Shown piece after piece: positions 13,796 to 26,079 of a stretch of 64,000 bases of DNA (within the stretch, counting starts at the first letter, position 1; each line of letters starts with the position of its first letter). This DNA comes from Callorhinchus milii. Lineage: Eukaryota. Made by a program: the position numbers and the translations under genes. The stretch spans positions 111,106,001-111,170,000 of the forward strand of contig NW_024704742.1 in the NCBI RefSeq assembly GCF_018977255.1, in the 5' to 3' direction. A model generated the notes under the pieces. That model did no database searches, was not told the origin of the DNA, and saw nothing but the letters and a program-made list of their open reading frames with translations.

Positions 13796-14514
13796 GCACC
13801 TAAAAACTATGATTGCTTGGATAGTAAATCAGATAATTCACCATCCAAATAACATAACAGTTGGAATCATGAAGATTCCAGCCTTAAAGTCTAGTGTTGA
13901 AAGTGGCTTCTTTTATTCACAGTAAATAAATAGCGATGCTTCCTGGTGCTAGTGCACAGAGAACTTGTTTTTTGTAATTGTTATTGTAAGTTCTGTAAAA
14001 ACTAGCTCTGATTTTCCTTCAAAATTTTCTACAACTATAACTAGGTGGGTAACAAAAGCTTTTTTAAAATTGCCTTTGATTGAGCTTCAGTTTACCTTTT
14101 GTGTAATGCCAAAATACCACCAGAAATAGCTTTTTTATGAAGAAAGGAGCCATTTTAGGGTTATTTAGAATAGATTGTTGAAGCTGGAAGCATCAATGCA
14201 CACTCATCAAGTTTTCATAACATTTGTTTTTCGCGAAGCACATGAAGATAAGACTAAGCCTGTGCCAGGTCATGAGTTCACATTTGACCCCCTCTCAGTG
14301 GATGTTTCCTCAGCTCTTATCCATGCTCTACTAGTTGAAGCATTAGTCCTCCTAAAGCTAAAGTGTTTCCTCCTCCCATTTGTTTTGTTTAAATCTAGCG
14401 CACATTTCAGCATCTGACAACAGTCTGTGTTCCTATCGACACCCACATGCTGAGTTATGTCTCTTAAATTAAATAGTTTGCATGTCGGTAGCAAAGGGGT
14501 ATTAATTTGAGGTT

Positions 14515-14690
14515 TAGGCACGGTTGAAGAGGAGGGTGTTGAGATGTTTCTTGAAGGTGGCGAGGGAGGGGGCGAGATGGAGGGACTGCGGGATGGAGTT
14601 CCAGAGGGTGGGTGCAGAGTGGTGGAAGGCCCACCCGCTGATTGTGGGGCCAGCAAGGCGGGTATATGAAGCAGGCTGGAGCCCGCTGAT
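14515..14690 (-). mobile_element. L2 3' ORF2 fragment
   Basis: TISGWAFHHSAPTLWNSIPQSL...FKKHLNTLLF. Confidence 0.8.
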
Positions 14691-16639
14691 ATACAAGTGA
14701 GATACAAGTGCATGAGCACTTACTGGCAAGCATTGGAATCGCATTGAATTCCAGGAAATGAACTTCCCGTGATTCAATGCAGCCGGCCAGCAAGTGCATC
14801 AACAGGTCAGGGCTTATTTTCCGCCATTCAATGCAGCTGGTAAGTGAGGGAGTAATGGAGAGTAAGAGACCAGCGTTACGAGTTAGGAGCTGATTAAAAA
14901 GTAGTACAAAGAAAAAGTGGTTTTGATAGGAAACTGAATGGGCCTTGGTGATTGTACAACTTAGGCAATTATATGATTTATAACGATAAAACATAAGCAA
15001 ATGTTGTATTCATACTAAAGATAGAGGTGACAGTAGTTCTTTCAAAACTTTCTAATCTTTTTGCCAGGAAACATCTGGTCAGATATTGACCATTCTTCAT
15101 AACAAAGTTCCTTTAATGCCGTAGTTAACTTTCAACCACTATATTCAGTCCCCAATATCAAAATTTAAGATATTTTAAAAAATGATTCCTGGATCAGGCG
15201 GAGCACAAATTTGACCACAATTCAGAAGTTTAAATTACACAACTAATCTTGAAGCAAAAAAATGTAAAAGCGCTTTACAATGAGAAATTTTTGGACATTC
15301 AAATTCAAGGCAGCATCAAATTCTCAATCTGAACACTGGAGGCAGGGAATCATCCCAGGAGTTAACAGCTCCTGTTGACCCTGCAAGATCTAATAGGTAG
15401 GGTAGTCCTAACTACCACAGGAAAGCTTGCCAGACAGCCAATCTGAACATCGGAACGTGAATAAACCATAAGCATTTAGTGGCCAAGCATTCTTTAACAC
15501 AAAACAATAACTTGCTTTTTTATAAAGTGCCCTTCACACAGGAAAGCATCTCGGAGCACTAAACATCCCAAATAAAGTTTGATAAATATCGCCAGTGTAA
15601 ATTAATGTTGTTGATGTACATTGCATATTCTACCCTGATTTTTAATGTCATTATAAACCAGCTGTCATTTGGTATTCAATTTAAGTGGAGCTCTTTTCAG
15701 ACTCTGGCCAATGTGATTCTAAACAGGAAGTTTAAATCAGGTTTCCTTCTCTCAGTCACTTTACTGGTGAAAGCAGTCACAAATTGTTCCGAGGGATATA
15801 AACTAGACACAAGGTTATTGGCTTTTCTAGTCAGAATGTTTGCCTTGAGGATGAAACCTTGGGGAGTTTCCTTACTCCATATGCCTGATAATAATCCCTC
15901 AAAAAAAACAATAATTTAATTCAAACCACAACTGTTTGTGGGACACTGCTGTGTGCAATTGGCTGCCACATTTCGCCCACAAAAATTACAGTCAATTCAC
16001 TTTACAATCTATCCTCTGAAGTACTTTGGGACGTCTAGAAGACATGAAAAGCACTATATCAAATGCAAGGATTATTATTAGTAGTAGTAGTATACAGAAT
16101 TGAGACCTATGTATTGGGTACAAAGCTCTCCTTGTCTAATTTACATAATGCAAACATTAAAGACCTAAGGCATGACTTAAACCATTCACTGGCTTGATAT
16201 ATTTTGTGAAGATCATTCAACCTTATATGTATTAAGCATTTGAATCTGTTGCTATTCAGAGATGGTCATTGTCTATTACTTGCTAGTCACAAATGAGACG
16301 TTAATTTATAGAATTATAAACATTACAGCACAGGAGGCCAATCAGCCAATTGAGTCTGTTGTTGCCAGCTCCTAGCCTGGTATGCAGCAGTAGACCTCTT
16401 GAACATCAAGGTGCCTGGCACAACACAAATTGCCCTGTATAGGTCCCCCAGAGCAAATATCTGTTGTTCTTTGAGGTTTGTGACAACAGCATTTCATGTT
16501 GAGTTGTGCTGGTCACCAGGAAGGTTCCTGATATCTGCTATTCACCTGGCAAGGGCTGCACTTAAAATAATTACTATCCACTCCATCAAAACATTTGGAG
16601 CCCCATAGGACAGACAGTATTGTGTTAACTGAGCAGGCA

Positions 16640-19349
16640 GCAGTCAAGCCAGCAGGACTTGTGAGAGCCTCACTCGAGTAGAGAGCCCAGCAGAGTGAGG
16701 ACGTACCTGAGTGATGACAGAACAGAGTGGGAATTCGGTGCAGAGGGGGAAAGAGGTGCATAATTATAAAATATATACTTATATTAAAATAATATAAAAC
16801 ATGTCTGGGAATATGGCAGGGCAGCTGAGACCGGTTGAATGCACAATGTGTACTCCAGAATGCTTTGTGTGGCCTGGACAAACATGTGTGTAGGAAGTGC
16901 CTCCGGCTGCTCGATCTTGAGCTCAGGGTTTCTGAGCTCGAGGAGAGGCTGGAGGCACTGCATAGCATACAGGAGGCTGAAGAGTTCATGGATCAAACGT
17001 TTCAGGAGGTGGTCAACTCACAGCCACAGAGGGTTCAGAAGGAGAGTGAGTCGGTGACCACCCAGCATGGTAGGAAGAAGGGATAGGTAGTGCAGAAATC
17101 TCCTGAGAGTGTGGCACTCACAAACTGGTTATTAGTACTGAATACCGGTGAGGGTGATGACACCTCTGGGGAGAGGAGTCAAAAGCAAATGGATGCACAG
17201 GGGGACACAGAGAAGAGTGTCAATGCAGTTGTCATTGGGGACACAACAGTGAAAGAACCAAACAGGCATTTCTGCAACCAAAAACATGACTTTCGCATGC
17301 TATGTTGCCTCCCTGGTGCCATGGTTGAAGACATCACAGAACGGGTGCAAAACATTCTACAGGGGGATGGGAAACATCCAAAAGTTTTGGTCCATGACGT
17401 AGGAATAAAAAGGGCTGAGATCTTACAGGTAGAGTATCAGAAGCGAGGGAAAAAGCTAAAGAGTAAAACCTCAAAGGTGGTGATCTCTGGATTACTCCCA
17501 GTGCCTTGTGCAAGTGAGTATTAAAACAACAGGATCAAACACATGGCTGGAGAAATGGTGCAGAAAGGAGGGCTTCAGGTTTCTGGATCATTCGGACCAG
17601 TTCTGGGGCAGGTGGGATCTGTACAAGCTGGATGGGTTACACCTGAACAGGGCTGGGACCAATGTCCTCACTCGGAGGTTAACTAATGTTGTGGAAAAGG
17701 GTTTAAACTATTTTTGAGGGAGGAAGGGAATCAGGATGTATCATCAGAGAGGAAAAACAAGTTATTTAGAGGACTGGGAGAGACGAATAGCAATGCAACA
17801 AGGAAAGTTGCCAATGGGGTTATGATGTAATGGTAATAATGGAGACCAGGCTCAAACAAGGGCAGGAATGGGAGCTGAATATTCTTGGCTACATTGTATT
17901 CAGGAGGGATAGGGAAGGAAAAAAAGGAGGGTGTATGGCAATATTGATTAAAGACACGGGTACGGCCCTGGAAAGGGACAATGTGCTAGAGGGCCCAAAA
18001 ACAGAATCTATTTGGTTAGAGTGAAGGACCAGAAAAGGAGCTGTTACTCTGCTAGGTGTATACTATAGACCACCAACAGTGGGAAGGAGATAGATGAGCA
18101 AATCTGCAAGCAGATTTCAGAAAGATGCAAAACCAATAGAGTAGTGATATCAGGGGACTTCAATTATCCTAACATAGACTGGCAAAATGACAGTGTAAAG
18201 GACAAGGAGGGGGAAAGATTCCTGAAATGTGTTCAGGATAACTTTCTGGAGCAGTATATTTCCAGCCCAACGAGGAAGAACGCAGTGCTGGACCTAGTGA
18301 GGCAGGTTTCAGTAGGAGAGCGTCTGGACAACAGTGATCACAACATCATTAGTTTAGAGTACTTATGGAAAAGAACAATCAAAGGTGAAGATACTCAACT
18401 GGAAGAGGGCTAATTTCAGTGAGTTAAAAGGGACCTAGCCAAGATGGACTGGAAAGAAAGATTGTCCCCCCAGAGTCGGTATTGGGACCACTGCTGTTTT
18501 TGATCTATATCAATGACCTGGACTTGGGAATAGAGAGTACAATTTCCAAGTTTGCTGATGATACTAAGCTAGGAAAAGTAGTAAACAGTAAGGAGGATAG
18601 TAGTAAACTACAAGAGAACAGAGACAGACTGGTAAATGGGCAGACATGTGGCAAATAAAGTTTAATATGGAGAAATGAGAAGTAATGCATTTTGGGAGGA
18701 AGAATGAGGCGAGGCAATATAAGCTGATGGTACAATCTTAAAGGGATGAAGGAACAGAGAGACCTGGGGGTTCATATAAGCAAATCTTTGAAGGTGGCAG
18801 GACAGGTAGATAAATCCATTTAAAAAAAGCATACAGGATACTAGGGGCATAGAATACAAAAGTCAGGAAGTTATGATGAACCTTTATAGAACACTGGTTA
18901 GACCTCAGCTAGAGTACTGTGTTCAGTTCTGGGACTTCAATGAGGGACTTCAGTTATCACCTCCCCTCTGTGGGGAGCACTCTTAAGTGCTCTGAGACGC
19001 CATCCGGCATGGAGGGCGTTATATAAATCCAAGTTGTGTTTGTTGTTATCAAGAGAGGCTAGAGAAGCTAGGATTATTCCCCTTGGATCAGAGAAGGTTA
19101 AGAGAAGACTTAATAGAAGTTTCCAAAATTATGAGGGGATTCAATAGGGTGAACAAGGAGAAACTATTTCCATTGGCGGGTGGAAGCCGATTCAATAACA
19201 AGTTTTAAGAGAAGTAGATAATTTGGGGTGGACAAGTTTGCAGGGCTATGGGGTGAGAGCGAGGAGTGGGATTGATTTGATAGAAAGAGCCGGCAAAGAC
19301 ACAATGGGCCGAATGGCCTCCTTCTGTGCTGTATGATTCTATGATTCTA
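16640..19349 (+). mobile_element. Near-full-length, internally deleted, dead CR1 LINE (ORF1 zinc finger/coiled-coil + esterase; ORF2 APE endonuclease + RT C-half; 3' tail)
   Basis: ORF1 from ATG 16813: HVCRKC..LELRVSELE, VVIGDT, DGLHLN. ORF2: GDFNYPNIDW, SDHN, SVLGPLLF, KFADDTK. Ends (attctatg)n. Many stops and frameshifts. Confidence 0.9.
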
Positions 19350-21359
19350 AATGTATCCTGAGTGTCAATCACTCCATTTGTGGAATATGAGATTCAGGCA
19401 CAAAACTGATTTGTTTACTCTAGAGAGTAAATGGCAGGTTATTGCAAATTGTTGCAACTTCTAATTCACTTTGGTTTCCAAAAGCTTTTATATGATTGAC
19501 AGACAGAACATTTCAGTGTTTTATTTGTAAACATTTTATTTATTTTAATCTCTGACTTTCCTTGGTTATCCTTTCATATTCTGTTTCAGATTATTCTTTT
19601 ATATCCTTTTTGTAATTTTTAATCTTTACTTTTTCTCCAATTTTCTTACCCTTACTGAAACCACTCGATTTCATGTACACTTGAAAACATCCAGAACCTC
19701 AGGCAAGTCAATATTATGTTGAAATCTTATTGCAGCATCAACGCATGACTAGAAAATGCAGGGGGTGAGTATAAACGACAAACAATCTGAAAATGTCAAG
19801 TGCGTCTCAAGATTTACATATTTCGTCAAAAGAATAAGCGTAAGAGAGTTTTCATTGCACATTTCCTGCAATACTGACGTGGTTTGTGAATAATGCTGAG
19901 ACCACTGAGAGTTCATACAGTTTGCCAAACATAACTTGGCAATAGTACGTAAACTTTGAGGCGCAAATCAAACACATCTGACAAACTCAAGCTTGGATTG
20001 TTTCCTCCATCCAGTTTCTCACAAACAACCCAATTCCTGCTTCCTGTGTTACAAATGTGTAGTGGCCAAGAGGTCTTGTTGTCAGAAGTACTTTATGTAT
20101 ATGAAGGATCAAAACATTTAGTGAAGGACTATGAAGAAATACAGCAGTATAAAAAAAACTCAGGATGCTGTAAATGTCAATAGAGGATGGCCTTTTGTTT
20201 GTTGTTTTGGAGGTATTGCCTTTTGTTTAGTATACATTTACTGTAAACTGGTCTTTTTTTAATTGATTTGTTAATACCACTTTGTGAAAGGAAGGAAATA
20301 GTCCTGTTTATTCCAGAACTTGTTTTTATCCACCCCCATGGATTACTCAGAATGTGTACTTCACTAACCCTTGCAGAATTAAACCAATAAGCATTTCATT
20401 GTGCATAGTCTTTGTACTTCCTGACCAGCACATTGAACCCAAACAAACATATTTAATTAAAGAATATTAAAGGGCATTCACAATTCTTATTTTGTATTTG
20501 TTTTTGATTGTACTTTTATTGCAATTTCACAAAAGCACCCTTCTAAAATAAACCCCAAAGGGTATGCAGACATATGGTTATTACTGTATTAATTGGCCAT
20601 TTTTCTTTTTACGTTGTTTGCCTTAAAAAGAGTGGAATCACATTGGTTTGAATCAAACATGGAAATATTGGTGTAAAATTTGTGGTATTCGATAATTAAT
20701 GTTAGCAGCCTAGAAAACAACAGTTAAACAAAAGTTAGTACTTCTTTTGGGACTACAATTTAAAAGTAAAACTCAACCTCATAAAAAATAAAGATGGCGG
20801 TGAGAAATCTGAAAGTTAAGAGCCAGCACTCCGGGAGAGGATAATGTCACTGAACGCCCATTTAATATGCCACACAATGTTTATTGTGAACCTCACAATG
20901 TTTAAGTTCACACTAAACATTGTAAAGTGTGCCATTATTTACTCTGGCATTGATTATGAAACACCACAAACATATCAAAATGTTAAATGACAAACGCAAA
21001 ATCACAAATATGCACACAGACTGCCACCAGTGATTCAAGCAGTATAATTGTTACAAAAAGCGATAAATAATTTGTGAATTGTTTATAGCCTTGCTTGAAC
21101 GGAACTCAGTACAAGCTATGCCTGCAAAAACAGCAGATTAGTTTAAGCCAAAGCACTGAATTATTGGGCACTTCAACAGTTATATTAAAATAAGTGAGAA
21201 GACAAGGTATTTCAGAGTATTTTGTTTTAATAATTGGATGCCAGGCATGTGGACAAGCACCAGCACAAGTAATAGATCATCATCACATCAGCTGGCTGGC
21301 TGCCAAGTGCACACTAAAACTGTTGCTAGATGTTAGATAAAAAAAGAGGTTCGATCCCC

Positions 21360-21976
21360 AGTTATCCTTCCTCCCCCACATCCAGTTTCTGGCCAGAACA
21401 GCGTTTCTCTAACTCTACCACATTGCCCGTCTCCAACAATACCTCACTCCACAAGTTGCCGAAACCTTTGTCCATGCCTTCGCCACCTCTCGGCTGAACT
21501 ACTGAAACGCCCTCCTCGCTAGTCTCCCCTCCTTCACTATTCACAAAATTCAACTCGTCCAAAACTAGGCCGCCTGCATTGTCACCTGTCCCTGTCACAG
21601 AGTGGATCAACTTCAAGATCCTCACTCTAGTGTTTAAATCCCTCCACTCCTTGACACCCCCCAATCTCTCCAATCTCCTCTCTCCTCACAGCACTACCTG
21701 CTGCGACCACTATACTGGCTCCAGCCTCCTCTGTGTCCCTCGAATCCTCCGCTCCACCATCAGCGGTCGTGCCTTCAGCCACTACGCCGCGAAGCTATGG
21801 AACTCCCTCCCTCAATCCCTTCGCCTTGCCCCCTTTTTCCCCATTTTCAGGTTGTGCCTGAAGATCTTCTTCTTCAACCATGCCTATGACCACCTTCCTC
21901 CTCTCCCTGGCTCGGACTGTTAAGCGGTCTGGGACACCACATGGCGTGGAGAGCACTATATAAATGCAAGTTGTTG
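21360..21976 (+). mobile_element. L2 LINE 3' fragment
   Basis: INFKILTLVFKSLH..TISGRAFSHYAAKLWNSLP plus tail. Confidence 0.85.
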
Positions 21977-23309
21977 AATGAAAATGCAATGACAGCAACA
22001 ACTTGCATTTATATAGTGCCATTCACTCGGAGCAGCATCTGACCTGAAGGATTTTGAGGTTTAAGTATGCCCAGCGCCTTGGGACGTCCTCCTGATGTGA
22101 AAGGCGCTATACAAATGTAATTTGTTGTTGTAAACTCTGAAAAGCTAGTTGCAAGTATAACAAAGCAACCACAAAGGCTAAACTGATGCTTGGATTTATC
22201 ACAGAGATATAGAACATAAAACCAAACTATACCTATTTAATTGTACTTTTTCTTTGTTTTAGTTGTTGTGCACTACGTATAGCCAAGCGTGTAGCTTTCA
22301 GCCAAACATACATCATGACTATCCAAATTAGAGCTGTAAAGTATCCACTGAAACTGAGAAAGCACAACTGCAATATTTGTTGGCAGTTCTAGGGTTGGCT
22401 TCTCAGCAGAACAGAATGGAAAATAGTCAGGCCAGTTGGCACCTGTGCCTGAATAAAGTAATAATAATTCTTGCATTTGGTATAGCGCCTTTCACTTCAG
22501 TAGGATATCTCAAAACATTTCACATGAGTTACCATGTATTTTATAGGGGAATGCGGCAGCTGACATGTACACAGCAATGTCTCACTGCCTTGAATGTCCA
22601 ATTTTATCTGGTGGATAAAACTCCCTTCACTTTTCTAATAGCACATTGCAATCTTTAACATCCACTTCAACAAGCAGGTGGGGCCTTTTTCCGTCCTGCA
22701 TCATTCTATGTAATTCTGCACATGACTGGGACACATGATACCCGATGGCATCTATACACGACATCATTGCATATTCATGGTAATTAATCTGTTAACACTT
22801 GGGACTGCAGCAATGGCCAGAAAAAGTAGAAGAGGCATTGAGTTGACATTCTGGTTTGATTATTAGTAACCTGAAAAACTGGCAGTGCTGCTGCCAGATG
22901 CCTCTTGTTTTTCTTCGTGGGTGTTCCTACAATAGATGTTATCCAGTCCAGCAAGCAAGAAAATCCAGACTGAAGTTCAATAGACAACAACAACAAATTA
23001 CATTTCTGTAGTGCCTTTCACATCAGGAGGATGTCCCAAGGAGCTGAAAATGACTAACCAACAAAGGATCAGATTACTAGTGCTATTAATTCAAAATTAG
23101 CTATCTCTCCTCTTTAAAAAGCAAACTAGGTGACACAATATGCTAGACTTAGAACATGAATCAATGTGGATTTGGAGAAGGACATACTCTGTAATGCCCA
23201 AGAGGATGCTCCATTTGATAAGCCAAATTGGTGGATAGTGCAAAAGACTTTAACCCTGCATCTAACTCCTGCTATCAGTTTCGAGTTAATGTGAGTGGAG
23301 ATAAGGTTA

Positions 23310-23686
23310 AATAATAATAATAATCCTTGCATTTGACATAGCGCCTTATCACATCTTCGAGACGTCTCAAAGCGCTTCACAGAATATACAGTAAAGTGAA
23401 TTGACAGTATATTTTGTGGGTGAAACCCAGCAGCCAATTGTGCATAGCAGTGTCCCACAAACAGTTGTGGATTTAGTGACCAATTTATTATTATTTTTTT
23501 GAAGGAATTATTACCACCGGAAAAGCGATCCACCAATCAACTAACATGCGGGTTCCTACTTACTGCTAGGTAAACAGAGATGTGTGGAGTAAGGAAACTT
23601 GCCCAACGTTTCGCCCTCCCAGGAATCAAACCCAGGTCTCTCACTTGCGAGGTGAGTGCTCTAACAACTGAGCTATAGGACTCCAC
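23310..23686 (-). mobile_element. Full-length tRNA(Ala)-derived SINE with L2-like tail
   Basis: Head tagctcagttgttagagcactcacctcgcaagtgagagacctgggtttgattcc; tail gtgaagcgctttgagacg...aaatgcaagg(att)n. Confidence 0.85.
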
Positions 23687-24354
23687 AATTAGACAGACAA
23701 TGATCTTATTCTTGAACCCATTCAGAAACTCTGCTGCAAGGGTCACTGGACTAATTGTAATGATCCATACTCTTAAGCAAGTCAGAACTGTGCATGCACA
23801 TTTTTAAAAATATTGTTCAATTTGTATTTGATTTTTACTTGGCATACCTATTGTAAAAGCAGAATTTACCATTTTTAATAAACTATCCAATAACACACAA
23901 CGAAAGCAAATTGGAGAGCATCCATGTGTTTGACATAAAAGCATACATCTTTCAGATCTCTGCCCCAGAGTGGAAAATTCACATTTTGAATGGAAATGGA
24001 TTTATCACTGGCAAATCTGCCACCATAAGCTCAGGGTATAATCAGTGCTGGACTCTCAAAAGAGCTTTGGAAAAAATAACTCAAGAGGAGCACCTATGTT
24101 TTCAATGGTTTGCTGTTAATGGACACTTGAAGCATTGGACAAGCTGTGGTTCCTCGTATCTACTGAACCCATCAATTGGAAATTCTATGACTGGCTGCAG
24201 TTAAGATTCTTGTTGGGATTCCTCCTTCTGAAAGCTCTTCAATGGCCCCATCACAATAAAGAAACAAAAAAAATCACTGTGACTTGCATCAAAATGAAAT
24301 TTGCAAAGAGGTCAACCTAACTGGCTTGAGTACATGGAAACTGGGACACTGAAT

Positions 24355-24650
24355 TCCTTTGGATGAGAGATTAAACTGAGGTCCCTTCTGCTTGTTCATG
24401 CGGACATTAAAGATCCCATGGCACTATTCAAAAAGAGATGTAAGTTTCTCCTGGTGCCATGGCCAACAATTCCAAAATTGGTCATTCACTCCATGGCTGT
24501 TTGTGCGACATCGCTGTACGCAATTGTGCTACCACATTTGCCCACAAATACTGAATCGCACCATTTCACAGTAACTCCCCTGAAGTGCTTTGAGACATCA
24601 TTTCGATGTGATAAGGCACAATACCAAATGCAAGGATTATTATTATTGTT
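24355..24650 (+). mobile_element. Deu-domain SINE, 3' half
   Basis: ggatgagagattaaactgaggtcc..ggacattaaagatcccatggcactattc plus L2-like tail. Confidence 0.75.
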
Positions 24651-24687
24651 AATAAAATATATGGCTGCAATCACAAATTCAGGATAA

Positions 24688-25015
24688 AATAATAGTAATA
24701 ATCCCTACATTTGATAAAGTGCCTTTCACATCAGGAGGACTCTTATAGCACTTCACAGGATTTACTATAAAGTGTAATGACAGGTAATTTGTGCATGGCA
24801 TTGTCCGACATATAGCCACGTATGAATGAATTATCAATTTTATTTGGGGTGGGGAGACAGGACAACACTGGGAGACACTCACTTCTCTTTTCAAATATTG
24901 CCATGAGATCTTTAACATTCACAGACAGAACCTGGATAATGTCTTTTATGAAGGACGCCTCCAACAATGCATTGAAACACTCCCAGCACTGCAATGGAGT
25001 GTCAGCCAAAATACA
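24688..25015 (-). mobile_element. Deu-domain SINE, tail-to-tail with the previous copy
   Basis: tgccatgagatctttaac..aaggacgcctccaacaatgca..cactcccagcactgcaatggagtgtcagcc. Confidence 0.7.
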
Positions 25016-25577
25016 TGACTTCAAAGTCCTGACGTGGGTCTTACAAGAATCACAATACAGTAATAATATATAGTATAATAATAGCTGCAATATCTATTAC
25101 CTTACTGGTGCTGAAGTAGGAACATTAAAGTTTCAAGAAACTTGGTTTGAAACTACAATAATGTTTGACATGAAATTTATGTAGTATATAATTTTTGTTT
25201 AGTGCCTAAGGGAGCTGTTTTTTATTTTGTGTCAGAAAATTCATAATGAACATTACATCTTGGGGGCAATTCAGTATTGCAAATTGCTGATCAAAACCTT
25301 TCTCCCATGTACCATATTTTATTTCTAATTTCAATTTTATTTCTTTATACAATAATAATTGGGATGACAAGGATAGGTTGGATGAAGAATGACCTGGTTT
25401 CTATGACAACTTCCCAGTAATCTGTTCAAGTTGTCAATTACCATCTGTTTAAAGAAAAACTTCCTGCTTCTGCCCTAATATTGCTCGTCAAAATCCTGAA
25501 CATATGACCTCTTATGCTGCTGCTTTGGTGATTCTGATAGCATTATTCTGGATTTATTTTTATTATTTTACATACCT

Positions 25578-26070
25578 CTACAAGGTCACAGCAACTAGCA
25601 CTGTTTGCAGTGCTTCAGGTATGACTTGGCTAGAGAATGTAAATTTTGAGACAATCTCCAGAGATTTGACCTCAACTGATTTGGCAATATAGCTCAGTAT
25701 CTTGCTTGACTTATTTAACATTGCCTCACACATGTTGGAAATGATGAGGAGGAAATGAACCAGCACTCCTAGAATGATTTCAGCTTGTCCCTTGGCAAGT
25801 TTCATTCAATCTCTTTATTTCTTATACTCTGAATCTCGCATTTATCTGTACTGAGTCTAACTTGCCCATGTTCAGCCCAGGTGAATAACCTGTAAGATAT
25901 CTTTGTAAGATCCCGGTTGCCTCCTCTGTTCCAGCTTAGTATCACTAAATTTGAGAATCATGGGAGGAATCCCAGCATAAACTCCTGAACACACTCAGTG
26001 CTATACCTCCCTTTATTTTGACATAACTACTCTGCGTCTTGCTCTTTGGCCAGTTACTAATCCAGTTGCA
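25578..26070 (-). mobile_element. Old CR1 RT C-terminal fragment
   Basis: AMLNKSSKILSYIAKSVEVKSLEIV resembles the CR1 C-terminal segment; cagtgttcaggagtt..ctgggattcct resembles the GVPQGSVLGP region. Confidence 0.55.
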
Positions 26071-26079
26071 AAATTGAGG

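Noticed and set aside
14690..14720. HLYL peptide resembling ADGRV1 'HYLYLCQF'
   Set aside because: Only four residues, adjacent to an L2 fragment, with no supporting splice sites or flanking similarity.
17090..17717. Esterase-like ORFs as a host or horizontally transferred gene
   Set aside because: They lie inside a CR1 ORF1, followed by APE/RT remnants and a CR1 tail, and are frameshifted.
22784..22996. Possible next ADGRV1 exon
   Set aside because: No similarity to the expected TM2-TM3 peptide, and the donor (gttact) is weak.
23615..23686. Functional tRNA-Ala gene
   Set aside because: It is a SINE head: attached to a repeat body and L2-like tail, no proper acceptor stem, and present as multiple diverged copies.
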